64,000 bases of DNA from Patescibacteria group bacterium (GTDB taxonomy: Bacteria; Patescibacteriota; Patescibacteriia; 2-01-FULL-39-33): contig JBAZBX010000001.1 of the NCBI GenBank assembly GCA_041671305.1, positions 40,821 through 104,820 on the forward strand. Direction: 5' to 3'. Shown here one piece after another: positions 38,259 to 46,499 of the stretch. The translations under genes and the position numbers were made by a program. The stretch's first letter is position 1; the number at the start of each line of letters is the position of its first letter. The notes under the pieces are model-generated. The model saw nothing but the letters and a program-made list of their open reading frames with translations, was not told where the DNA came from and did no database searches.

Positions 38259-38348
38259 ACTGTGGTTTTCCACAGGGTAAAATAGCTAAATCTAGCTAAT
38301 TCCTCGGTAGGTCTTATGTCTTTAATGACGCCTACTGTCTGTGGAAAA
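38259..38348 (-). promoter_or_regulatory. L10 leader autoregulatory RNA
   Basis: AGACAGTAGG...TAAGACCTACCGAGG inside a closing stem upstream of rplJ. Confidence 0.8.
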
Positions 38349-38397
38349 TTAAGTTATGCATAAATTATAACAAAATATAAAGAAAAGTCAACATTTA

Positions 38398-38961
38398 TTA
38401 TCCAATGGTTTGTTCGCTGAACTTTATTACACTATATTTATAAAATTCTATCCCTTCTTCCAAATAAGCATTTTCCTCCAATCCAGCCTTAAGGCAAAGA
38501 CTCTTAATAAACTCTTCCTTGGGCGACATAGCCTTAGCGAAGTCGGCCCACACCTGAGGCAAATAAGTTGCTCCATTAAGCCCGCTTTTTATAACTACGC
38601 CATCTCCCGTTCCAATATCATCAAAAGCTGTCCTTTCCAATTCGCTCAAAATAGAAATTTCAATATTAATATCCCCCAACTCCCCTCTTTCAATCGGATC
38701 AAAACGGGAATCTTTGGCAGCCGATATGGTGTTATCCCTTACAGCCAACATCAACGGCTCAATCGGTTCAGTGTAACCGATGCATCCTCTGAGATCGCCG
38801 TTTTTAGTAAGCGTCACAAACACTCCCATTTTTTCCCATAATTTAGAATTGACGGTCTGAGGTTCACACCTCTCACCCTCAGTGACAAACTTTTCCAGCG
38901 TTGTCCTGGCAATTTTGAGCAAAAATTCCTTTTCCCCTCTAGTAAAATAATCCTCTGTCAT
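38398..38961 (-). CDS. AMMECR1-domain protein
   Basis: GVFVTL...LRGCIG, ATYLPQV, LCLKAG. Confidence 0.9.
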   Translation of the reverse strand: MTEDYFTRGEKEFLLKIARTTLEKFVTEGERCEPQTVNSKLWEKMGVFVTLTKNGDLRGCIGYTEPIEPLMLAVRDNTISAAKDSRFDPIERGELGDINIEISILSELERTAFDDIGTGDGVVIKSGLNGATYLPQVWADFAKAMSPKEEFIKSLCLKAGLEENAYLEEGIEFYKYSVIKFSEQTIG

Positions 38962-38965
38962 AATA

Positions 38966-39967
38966 TTATTCTAAATATTTTGCAATATTCAATTTATGCT
39001 GTTCAAATGTCTTGGCAAATACTGCATGTCCGCCCTCATCAGTCAAGAAATAATAATAATCATTTTTAATCGGATAAAGCGCGGCAGAAATAGAGCTGAG
39101 TCCTGGACTAGAAATAGGCCCAGGCGTAAGTCCACGGTATTTATAGGTATTGTATGGAGAATCTGTTTCTAGATCCGCACCGCTAGGACGCAAAGAACTT
39201 TTTTTGGTCACATAATTTACCGTAGCATCAGATTGCAAACCCATACCGATATCAATCCTCTTCCAAAAAATATCTGAAACCATTTTTCTATCCTGAGCAA
39301 ATTTAGCTTCTCTTTCAATAATTGAAGCCATAGTTACTATCTCAAAAATACTCTTATTTTGTGATAAAGCGTCATTTCTCATGCTAGCGCTAAACTTATG
39401 ATCAAAATTATCCAACATCTTGACGACAATATCATCCGCCGTTGCATCTTCAAAAATTCTATATGTATCTGGGAATAAAAATCCTTCAACCGTATCTCCC
39501 TTAACATCTTTCAAAAAATCATATTTATTCTTCCAGTTTTTCAGCTTAACTGCATTTATAAAATCGGAACTAGATACTATTGCCTGCTTATCTAGATAAT
39601 TTGCCATATCTACAATTGTCCAACCTTCAATAATAGTAATAGTTTTCTCTTTTGATAAATTTCTACTACTATTTAATTCATCCAAAACCGCAACGATACT
39701 CATATTTTTGGACAAAGGATGTTCTCCGGCGACGATTTTCCTCTTTTGCGCGATCAGAGAATACCATTTGAAAGATAATTTATTATCAATAATTCCAGCG
39801 TCTTTTAATTTATCCGCAACTTTTTGAATGCCGTCTCCTTTATCAATTTTAAATATTACTTTCTGCGCGCTGCCTGATTTGGGCTGATATGCCGGAATTA
39901 AAACAAAAAACGCTGCCAAAGAGATTAGCAGTATCAAAATTACAATAGTTGTTATGAATTTCCGCAT
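38966..39967 (-). CDS. mltG: Endolytic transglycosylase
   Basis: EGFLFPDTY, ASIIERE, LQSDATV, SPYNTY. Confidence 0.95.
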   Translation of the reverse strand: MRKFITTIVILILLISLAAFFVLIPAYQPKSGSAQKVIFKIDKGDGIQKVADKLKDAGIIDNKLSFKWYSLIAQKRKIVAGEHPLSKNMSIVAVLDELNSSRNLSKEKTITIIEGWTIVDMANYLDKQAIVSSSDFINAVKLKNWKNKYDFLKDVKGDTVEGFLFPDTYRIFEDATADDIVVKMLDNFDHKFSASMRNDALSQNKSIFEIVTMASIIEREAKFAQDRKMVSDIFWKRIDIGMGLQSDATVNYVTKKSSLRPSGADLETDSPYNTYKYRGLTPGPISSPGLSSISAALYPIKNDYYYFLTDEGGHAVFAKTFEQHKLNIAKYLE

Positions 39968-40043
39968 ATTTATATTTTAATTATAGCAATAGCGTTTTAT
40001 TATAACAAGCCCTTGAATATGTTATAATTAATATTAGTAATTT

Positions 40044-40811
40044 ATGGACAAACTTCAAAAAATATTTTTGGTCATCGTTATTTCACTCGTCGCATTCAAA
40101 GCCATTATCGGTTTTGGCATATTTTTCTATCCTCTCTCTACTGCCAGCAACAATATTGAAGTCAGCTCCAAGGAGCTTATCAATTTGACAAATCAATACC
40201 GCATCAATAGAGGGCTCAAGCCATTGGCCCAAAACCCGCGGCTGACTCAGGCAGCTCTCAATCATGCCAATGATCTTCTGACCAAAAACTATTTTGATCA
40301 TACCTCACCTGACGGCCGTAAGTTTTCTCAGTGGATAAATGATGTCAATTACAAATATTTTTATGTCGGCGAGAATCTAGCTATTGATTTTGATGACGAT
40401 AAGCGCGCTTTTCAAGCTTGGGTGGACAGCCCGGAACATCTGGCAAATCTTGAGAAACCGCAATATCAAGAAATAGGCATTGCGGTAGTTAAAGGAGAAA
40501 TGAAAGGACAAGACACTACCGTCATGGTACAAATGTTCGGATCAAGAGTCATGGGCGCGAATGAAGAGAATAATTATAATTTTTCAGGTAGCTCAGGTAG
40601 CGTCGCTCAAAATTATTTCTACCCGGAAAACGGCCTTGAAAAATACCTTGAACCAAAAAATCTTCAAAAGTTAAACATTATAAATGATTTTCTGCTGATA
40701 ATTTTCATTATTCTAGTACTAATTGCCTACAAACCTCTGAAAAGAAAAAACCAACCGAGTATAAAAAGTCCCATGACTAGACGATACCAGGCAAAAACAT
40801 TCAAAGAATGA
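40044..40811 (+). CDS. CAP/SCP-domain membrane protein
   Basis: YFDHTSPDG, GENLA, WVDSPEHLAN. Confidence 0.88.
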   Translation: MDKLQKIFLVIVISLVAFKAIIGFGIFFYPLSTASNNIEVSSKELINLTNQYRINRGLKPLAQNPRLTQAALNHANDLLTKNYFDHTSPDGRKFSQWINDVNYKYFYVGENLAIDFDDDKRAFQAWVDSPEHLANLEKPQYQEIGIAVVKGEMKGQDTTVMVQMFGSRVMGANEENNYNFSGSSGSVAQNYFYPENGLEKYLEPKNLQKLNIINDFLLIIFIILVLIAYKPLKRKNQPSIKSPMTRRYQAKTFKE

Positions 40812-41557
40812 TTACCGAGGAATTTCATTAGAAACTTGATAGAGAAATATCCGGTTATGGCCGCGGAAAGAAAACCTATAATCAAAATCATTATAGGAAT
40901 TTGGAACCAATCCGTGACATCCAAAAATGACTTAAGTCCCGCTCCCAAAATTACTGGAACCGAAAGCAAAAAAGAAAATCTAGCCGCCTCTGATCTTTTT
41001 AAATTTCTCCACAAACCTGTTATAATAGTAATACCTGATCTTGAAGTTCCAGGAATTAGTGCCAACGCTTGAGCGCAACCAAGAATAAAAGAATCAACCT
41101 TGGTCATTTCTCGCAAGTCTTTCTGTTGAGTGGCATATTTTTCCACTACCCAGAATAGAATTGCCACGCCGATAAGCATAAAAGCGACCACAAGTGGAGC
41201 AATGGAGTTATTGTGCAAAGTATTGGTGATAAAATGATCAAAAGTAAATCCAAGAATTCCCGCGGGAATCGTGCCGATAATAACCATCCAAGACAAGCGC
41301 TGATTAAAATTATTGGATAAATTAAAATTTACCAGACTAGAAAAAAATCCGCGAATAATCTTGATAATATCTTTGTAAAAAACCAGTAAGATTGCTACCA
41401 GACTTCCAAGGTGCAGTACCACGTCAAATAAAACATTATCCGGAAGATTAAAATTAAACATATCGTGAAATATCACCAAATGCCCGGAACTGGATATTGG
41501 CAGAAATTCAGTTATGCCCTGGATAGCGCCCGCCAAGATGGCAAAAAGATAACTCAT
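40727..41557 (-). CDS. uppP: Undecaprenyl-diphosphate phosphatase
   Basis: QGITEFLPISSSGHL, PGTSRSG. Confidence 0.95.
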   Translation of the reverse strand: MSYLFAILAGAIQGITEFLPISSSGHLVIFHDMFNFNLPDNVLFDVVLHLGSLVAILLVFYKDIIKIIRGFFSSLVNFNLSNNFNQRLSWMVIIGTIPAGILGFTFDHFITNTLHNNSIAPLVVAFMLIGVAILFWVVEKYATQQKDLREMTKVDSFILGCAQALALIPGTSRSGITIITGLWRNLKRSEAARFSFLLSVPVILGAGLKSFLDVTDWFQIPIMILIIGFLSAAITGYFSIKFLMKFLGNHSLNVFAWYRLVMGLFILGWFFLFRGL

Positions 41558-41582
41558 ATTTATTATTAATAATATTTATTAA

Positions 41583-42020
41583 ATGTATCAATTAATCATC
41601 ATCCCGATTGTGGTCGGAGCCATAACCCAGATTATTAAGCTCATTATTGATGGTATACCAAATAACTTAAATTGGCAACATATCTACAACGACTACGGCG
41701 GTATGCCTTCATCTCATACTGCGTTTGTCGTTTCCCTGGTCACGGCCGTGGGTTTTCGTGAAGGATTAGATAGTGCTGCTTTTGCCATTGCTCTCATTTT
41801 GATGTTAATTGTAGTTCGGGATGCCATCGGATTTAGGAGAGAAATCGGAAGAAACGCCACGATGACGAATTTGCTGGCCAAAGAGGTTTTCAAAAGCAAA
41901 AAAGTTCTTGTCCCTCATCTGCGCGAAAGAATCGGTCACAGCATACCGGAAGTAATTGCCGGCGCCTTGCTCGGATTTTCTCTGACTTCCATCTTATATT
42001 TAGTCTTTTTCTTTCAATAA
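41583..42020 (+). CDS. Divergent PAP2 (DUF212) family protein
   Basis: GGMPSSHTA, DAIGFR, GHSIPEV. Confidence 0.88.
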   Translation: MYQLIIIPIVVGAITQIIKLIIDGIPNNLNWQHIYNDYGGMPSSHTAFVVSLVTAVGFREGLDSAAFAIALILMLIVVRDAIGFRREIGRNATMTNLLAKEVFKSKKVLVPHLRERIGHSIPEVIAGALLGFSLTSILYLVFFFQ

Positions 42021-42065
42021 ACCTCTATTCTTGACTTTTTTAATATTTTGTATAAAATAGAGAAC

Positions 42066-42228
42066 GGCGGTTATATTTTAAAAGGACAGAAACGCAATCC
42101 CAGCGAGGGACCCAAAAAACTCAAACGAGCAAATCTCAGCCACAAATACTGAGCAGCCTCAGCTGAGTCAAGGGACCCACCTATTGAGGAAACGGTTTCT
42201 CGTCTTTTAAAAATATAACCCCTTTTTC
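42066..42228 (+). ncRNA. Candidate small ncRNA, about 160 nt
   Basis: Promoter TTGACT...TAAAAT at 42031-42058; about 25-bp closing stem 42069-42093/42195-42220; T-tract. Confidence 0.5.
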
Positions 42229-42256
42229 ATTTGAACTTCAAAACCGAGTAATTTTT

Positions 42257-43123
42257 TTATTTCTGGCAATCTTCACAAAAAAATGTTCCTCGGCCGTTCA
42301 ACTTGATTCTCTTGATTGTTCCTTTCTTGCATCTCTTGCATTTCTGTCCGTGTCTCTGATAAACATTTAAATATTCTACCATGGCGCCCTTGCTGCCATC
42401 AGTGGTGACATAAGTATTGGATGACGTTCCTTTCTTGCTGATAGAAAATTTCAAAACTTCTGGAATACAAGTAAAAAACGCCTTAATCTCTTTGGCGGTT
42501 AAACTAGAAACTTTTCGCATCGGCAAAACTTTGGCACAGAAACAAATCTCATCATTATAAATATTTCCGATTCCGGCGATAAGCGACTGATCAAGCAGAA
42601 CCTGTTTTATCTTCCTGTTCGGATATCTGCCAATTATCTCTCTAAAATTATCCAAAGTGAATTCACGCGATAACGGCTCCAAGCCGTATTTTTTTGTCTC
42701 TATTTTTAATTCTTCACTGTCCACTAATTTCATCCAACCGAATTTACGGATGTCATTAAAAAATAACTTGGAACCATTCTTAAATTTAAGAGTGATGTGC
42801 GAAAATTTGTTCGGAAGTTTTCCAATATCCCCTATCGGATGTCCGCCTACTATTATTTTTCCGTCCTTTGCCGGCTGATAAATCAATTGGCCGGTCATCT
42901 TCAGATGAATCAAAAGATAATTTCCATCACTTAGATCCCAAATCATCATCTTGCCACGCCTTTCTAATTTGATAATTTTCTGGCCTTTTAACTTTTTGGC
43001 AAAATCTAAAAAGGGCAGATTTATCATTCTACCCACCTTCACTTCAATACTGCTTATGATATGATTCCTAATTTTCGCCTGCAGTTCCCGATTAATTGTT
43101 TCCACTTCTGGGAGTTCCGGCAT
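42257..43123 (-). CDS. mutM: Formamidopyrimidine-DNA glycosylase
   Basis: MPELPEVE, HLKMTG, GIGNIY, C-terminal zinc finger. Confidence 0.97.
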   Translation of the reverse strand: MPELPEVETINRELQAKIRNHIISSIEVKVGRMINLPFLDFAKKLKGQKIIKLERRGKMMIWDLSDGNYLLIHLKMTGQLIYQPAKDGKIIVGGHPIGDIGKLPNKFSHITLKFKNGSKLFFNDIRKFGWMKLVDSEELKIETKKYGLEPLSREFTLDNFREIIGRYPNRKIKQVLLDQSLIAGIGNIYNDEICFCAKVLPMRKVSSLTAKEIKAFFTCIPEVLKFSISKKGTSSNTYVTTDGSKGAMVEYLNVYQRHGQKCKRCKKGTIKRIKLNGRGTFFCEDCQK

Positions 43124-43133
43124 AATACTTAAA

Positions 43134-43313
43134 TTAATTTAATTTTAAAGCCCCCATGGGACAAAACTGAACGCATTGTCCGCACTCTATGCACTTATCA
43201 TAATTAATAATCGGCAGACCATGTCCAACCTGAGAAATGGCTCCAACCGGACAAACTGTGATTGCCGGACAAACGTGGTTTTGCGGACATAAATTTTTAT
43301 CTACTGTTATCAT
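43134..43313 (-). CDS. 4Fe-4S dicluster ferredoxin, 59 aa (missing from the ORF track)
   Basis: CPQNHVCPAITVCPVGA and CIECGQCVQFCPMGA. Confidence 0.88.
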   Translation of the reverse strand: MITVDKNLCPQNHVCPAITVCPVGAISQVGHGLPIINYDKCIECGQCVQFCPMGALKLN

Positions 43314-43329
43314 ATTTTAAATTCAATAT

Positions 43330-43677
43330 TTAAATCTCTTCCTCTTTTTTACTATAGCCTCCAACAACGATATTACCCAGTCCAGCATCGCTTAAGGCTT
43401 CAACAACCCTTAGACGGTTGGGATCTTCCCACTTTTCAAAACCGTTAGTAAATGAAATTTTCAAGCCAGACCCCGTATCATATGAATACCTAATGCCATC
43501 ACAACCATCGGAAACTAAGGGGGTAGCAAACTCTTCCATATATTCTTTTTTTAATAATCTATCGGTTACATCGAAACCCAGGCCCCTAATTATCTCGGCC
43601 GCCTGCAATAACTTTTGCCAAGCTTCTTCTTTTTTTTCCTCCACTTCTAAATTTTTTAAAATTCTAGATTCATTCAT
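43330..43677 (-). CDS. Hypothetical protein
   Basis: 115-aa ORF in operon orientation. Confidence 0.6.
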   Translation of the reverse strand: MNESRILKNLEVEEKKEEAWQKLLQAAEIIRGLGFDVTDRLLKKEYMEEFATPLVSDGCDGIRYSYDTGSGLKISFTNGFEKWEDPNRLRVVEALSDAGLGNIVVGGYSKKEEEI

Positions 43678-43700
43678 AGATATATCTATTATTGATTATT

Positions 43701-44183
43701 TTATAATAAATTATCAACCTGGATTAAATCATAATTCTCAACTGATTCATCTTCCCTGAATAAAAATTTCCCCTTGAATTTCTTACCCTGCAATAGCAAC
43801 GGCATCCAATATGGATCATCAGTCCACATATCCGTAAAAGGAATATCATCAATACGAAACCACTGGGGCTTCATCTCCTCTGATTCAACCAAATCTCCGC
43901 TGAACTTATCCACTCGGAAAACATGAACAATTATAATTTCCTTAAAATGGTCGGCATCAAATTCCAATACGCCAACCTTCTCCATTTCACTTATTTCCAA
44001 TCCGCATTCTTCCCTCATCTCCCTTACTGTCGCTTCCTCAATAGTTTCATCTTCTTTGACCTTTCCACCAAAACCATTCCACCTACCTTCTCCAAATCCC
44101 CGTTTCTTCATGCCAAGCAAAATTTCTGGATGATTGTAAACCAGGCATAGTGTTGTTTGCTTCTTGGGCTTAGAATATTCCAT
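43701..44183 (-). CDS. Nudix 8-oxo-dGTP diphosphatase (MTH1-like)
   Basis: LLGMKKRGFG...WNGFGGK...REMREECG, ESEEMKPQWF. Confidence 0.9.
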   Translation of the reverse strand: MEYSKPKKQTTLCLVYNHPEILLGMKKRGFGEGRWNGFGGKVKEDETIEEATVREMREECGLEISEMEKVGVLEFDADHFKEIIIVHVFRVDKFSGDLVESEEMKPQWFRIDDIPFTDMWTDDPYWMPLLLQGKKFKGKFLFREDESVENYDLIQVDNLL

Positions 44184-44222
44184 ATGTTGCGGACATGAGC
44201 TTTTGTCTACAATTATCATATT

Positions 44223-44825
44223 TCAATTTTGATTTCTTTTAATCAAGCCGTCAAATTTAAATTCTATATAATCCAACATTTTAATTCCTTTCAGGGCATA
44301 AATCTGCGAGGCGGAAAAAATCTTTTTGTCTTCCGGATTTAAACCCAAAAGTTTTATTCCTCTATCCACATTTTCCCACGAGCTGGATTCTATTTCCAAA
44401 AAAGGATCCAGAGCCGGCATCAAGTCAATATCAAATTCTATCTCATCCAAAATATACCTAATGCGCCTTTTTTCTTCATAAAATTTAATCATCAATCCCA
44501 GAGAAAGAAAAATATCGCTTGTCCTGTCAAAATTATCAACGACTACTTCCAATTCCTCCATGCCCTGATCATTGACTCCGGCTACCTGAGAAACTCCCAG
44601 TCTCCTTTTGAAAGCTACCGTGACTTTGTCACCCTCATCTCTTAATCTTAGCCATGATTTACGATCATTCAAGCGTAAATCGGGATAATCAAAAATCCTG
44701 ATTTTATAAATTTTATCAAAAACCTTTTTGGCGCCGATATTTTTCAGCTTGGCCTCTATTTCTTCTATATTGATGTTGAGAAATTTTACTTCAATCTCTT
44801 CCATAATTTTATTTATTTTCTTCAA
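44223..44825 (-). CDS. CYTH-domain protein
   Basis: EIEVKF, WLRLR, EKRR, FLEIE. Confidence 0.85.
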   Translation of the reverse strand: MKKINKIMEEIEVKFLNINIEEIEAKLKNIGAKKVFDKIYKIRIFDYPDLRLNDRKSWLRLRDEGDKVTVAFKRRLGVSQVAGVNDQGMEELEVVVDNFDRTSDIFLSLGLMIKFYEEKRRIRYILDEIEFDIDLMPALDPFLEIESSSWENVDRGIKLLGLNPEDKKIFSASQIYALKGIKMLDYIEFKFDGLIKRNQN

Positions 44826-45057
44826 CGTACTTAAATCTCGGGCTCCTTCGTCCTAAATATTCCACCTCGTCAAAAAATTCATCCAGTGGCCTAGCCCAAT
44901 AATTATGCTCTCCATATTGCGCTTGATAAATCACCATTTCCTGCAAAGTCTCGCTATGAAAAGCCACGCCAATAACACGATACCTTCCGCCTTTATAATG
45001 TTCATAAATCCCAAGCTTCAAGCCCTTTGCTTGGTCTGATAATTTTATATCGCTCAT
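44809..45057 (-). CDS. DUF1653 family protein
   Basis: YEHYKG, HSET, WARP...F. Confidence 0.88.
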   Translation of the reverse strand: MSDIKLSDQAKGLKLGIYEHYKGGRYRVIGVAFHSETLQEMVIYQAQYGEHNYWARPLDEFFDEVEYLGRRSPRFKYVEENK

Positions 45058-45062
45058 ATTAT

Positions 45063-45575
45063 TTATTCTTTAAAAAGCTTAATTGTTTTAATCACTTCAT
45101 CTTGAATTCCGCCAATACAATCATAATTTTTTACTTCATCTTCATTGACCCAAACAAAATTAGTAAAGCCATCCTCCTCCAACTTTACCTCTCCGCTTTT
45201 ATACTTCATCGCCAATTTTACCATGGCAACAGGAGTTTCATCCGGCCGAATGAAAGCATTGCTATTGATGAAAATCGGCGTTCCATAAATTTCTATACCG
45301 GCTTCTTCCATTACCTCGCGCTCCAATAATTTTTCTACCGTACCCTCAAAATCCAACACCTCGCCATTTATTCTTCCTGGATTATTTATGTCCAAATCAC
45401 TCCAATCCAATTTTCCGCCAGGTACGCAATATTTGCCAGGATGAACTTTTTCATTTTCACTGCGTTTTAAGATCAAACATCTCGCGTCGTCTTCGCGATA
45501 GATGACAACATTAGCTACAAAATAAAAAAGATGATTGATTTTTGCATTATCAATGCTTATTTTAGTAGCTGGCAT
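45063..45575 (-). CDS. Nudix hydrolase
   Basis: PGGK...REVMEEAG with an insertion. Confidence 0.85.
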   Translation of the reverse strand: MPATKISIDNAKINHLFYFVANVVIYREDDARCLILKRSENEKVHPGKYCVPGGKLDWSDLDINNPGRINGEVLDFEGTVEKLLEREVMEEAGIEIYGTPIFINSNAFIRPDETPVAMVKLAMKYKSGEVKLEEDGFTNFVWVNEDEVKNYDCIGGIQDEVIKTIKLFKE

Positions 45576-45590
45576 AATATTAATTTTTAT

Positions 45591-46172
45591 TTAAAAAATC
45601 TTATACTCTCCCTCTTTCAAAGTAATAATCGGCAAATCTTCTTCATAATTTTTTAATTCTTCATAAGCCCTATCCCAATCAATGTTGGGAGAGTTATAAT
45701 TTGATTGATAGTGGACTATAATTTTAATCTGAAGAATTCCCAAACCTTCAGCAAGTTTTAAATTGTCCAAATCATAAAAATATTTAGATATGGCATCAGA
45801 CCCGGCGGATGTGCCAACCAAAACTTTTCCGTCCAGCTCATTTAGCCATGACCCATCTCGGCTTAAATATTCTATCAATGTTCCCTCTTCATCTCCGCCA
45901 CGAAGATAAATCACGTCAGCCCATCTCGCCTGCCGAGAAAATTTTTCCAATTCAGCCGTCTCTAACACAAATTCTTTTCCGGTCAAATTCCTGGCCAAAA
46001 ACATTTTGTCATCTTCCAAAGCTTTTTCCCACGTCTCCTTCGGCCGAGCGAAAAGACAATCCAAAATTTTTACCGGTTCTGCAAAACCATTCACCATTTC
46101 TTCGCAAAAAGCCTTTCCTCCATCAGAAGCAACTTTGGGATATCCGCCGACTAGAATATATTTGGTGGACAT
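45591..46172 (-). CDS. Peptidase E / class I glutamine amidotransferase-like protein
   Basis: DVIYLRGG, GTSAGS, VHY. Confidence 0.82.
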   Translation of the reverse strand: MSTKYILVGGYPKVASDGGKAFCEEMVNGFAEPVKILDCLFARPKETWEKALEDDKMFLARNLTGKEFVLETAELEKFSRQARWADVIYLRGGDEEGTLIEYLSRDGSWLNELDGKVLVGTSAGSDAISKYFYDLDNLKLAEGLGILQIKIIVHYQSNYNSPNIDWDRAYEELKNYEEDLPIITLKEGEYKIF

Positions 46173-46175
46173 AAA

Positions 46176-46490
46176 TCAATTTGAAATTTTTTTGTCTAAT
46201 TCATCCATATTCACAAAAAAATCTTTTTCTAAATCAATTGCTAATTTATCAGCTATCATAATTATTGACCACAAGCAATCAGACAATTCCTCAGAAAGTT
46301 TTTTGTCTACGTCTTCCTTTTTACGAAATCTATTTTTGGCCATCACCAACTTACACAAATCTCCCACATCTCCAACAAAACCTTGAGTGTATTCTGAAAG
46401 TTCCCATAATCTATTGCCAATATGCTTATTTAATAAAGTATATTTATCATCAATCTCCTTGGCTTTTTTAATAAATTCTTTTAATTCCAT
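46176..46490 (-). CDS. MazG-like NTP pyrophosphohydrolase
   Basis: GDVGDL...EELSDCLW. Confidence 0.78.
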   Translation of the reverse strand: MELKEFIKKAKEIDDKYTLLNKHIGNRLWELSEYTQGFVGDVGDLCKLVMAKNRFRKKEDVDKKLSEELSDCLWSIIMIADKLAIDLEKDFFVNMDELDKKISN

Positions 46491-46499
46491 AATTAAAAA

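Noticed and set aside
40727-40811. 85-bp convergent overlap of the CAP gene and uppP
   Set aside because: Most likely incidental 3' extension in a compact genome
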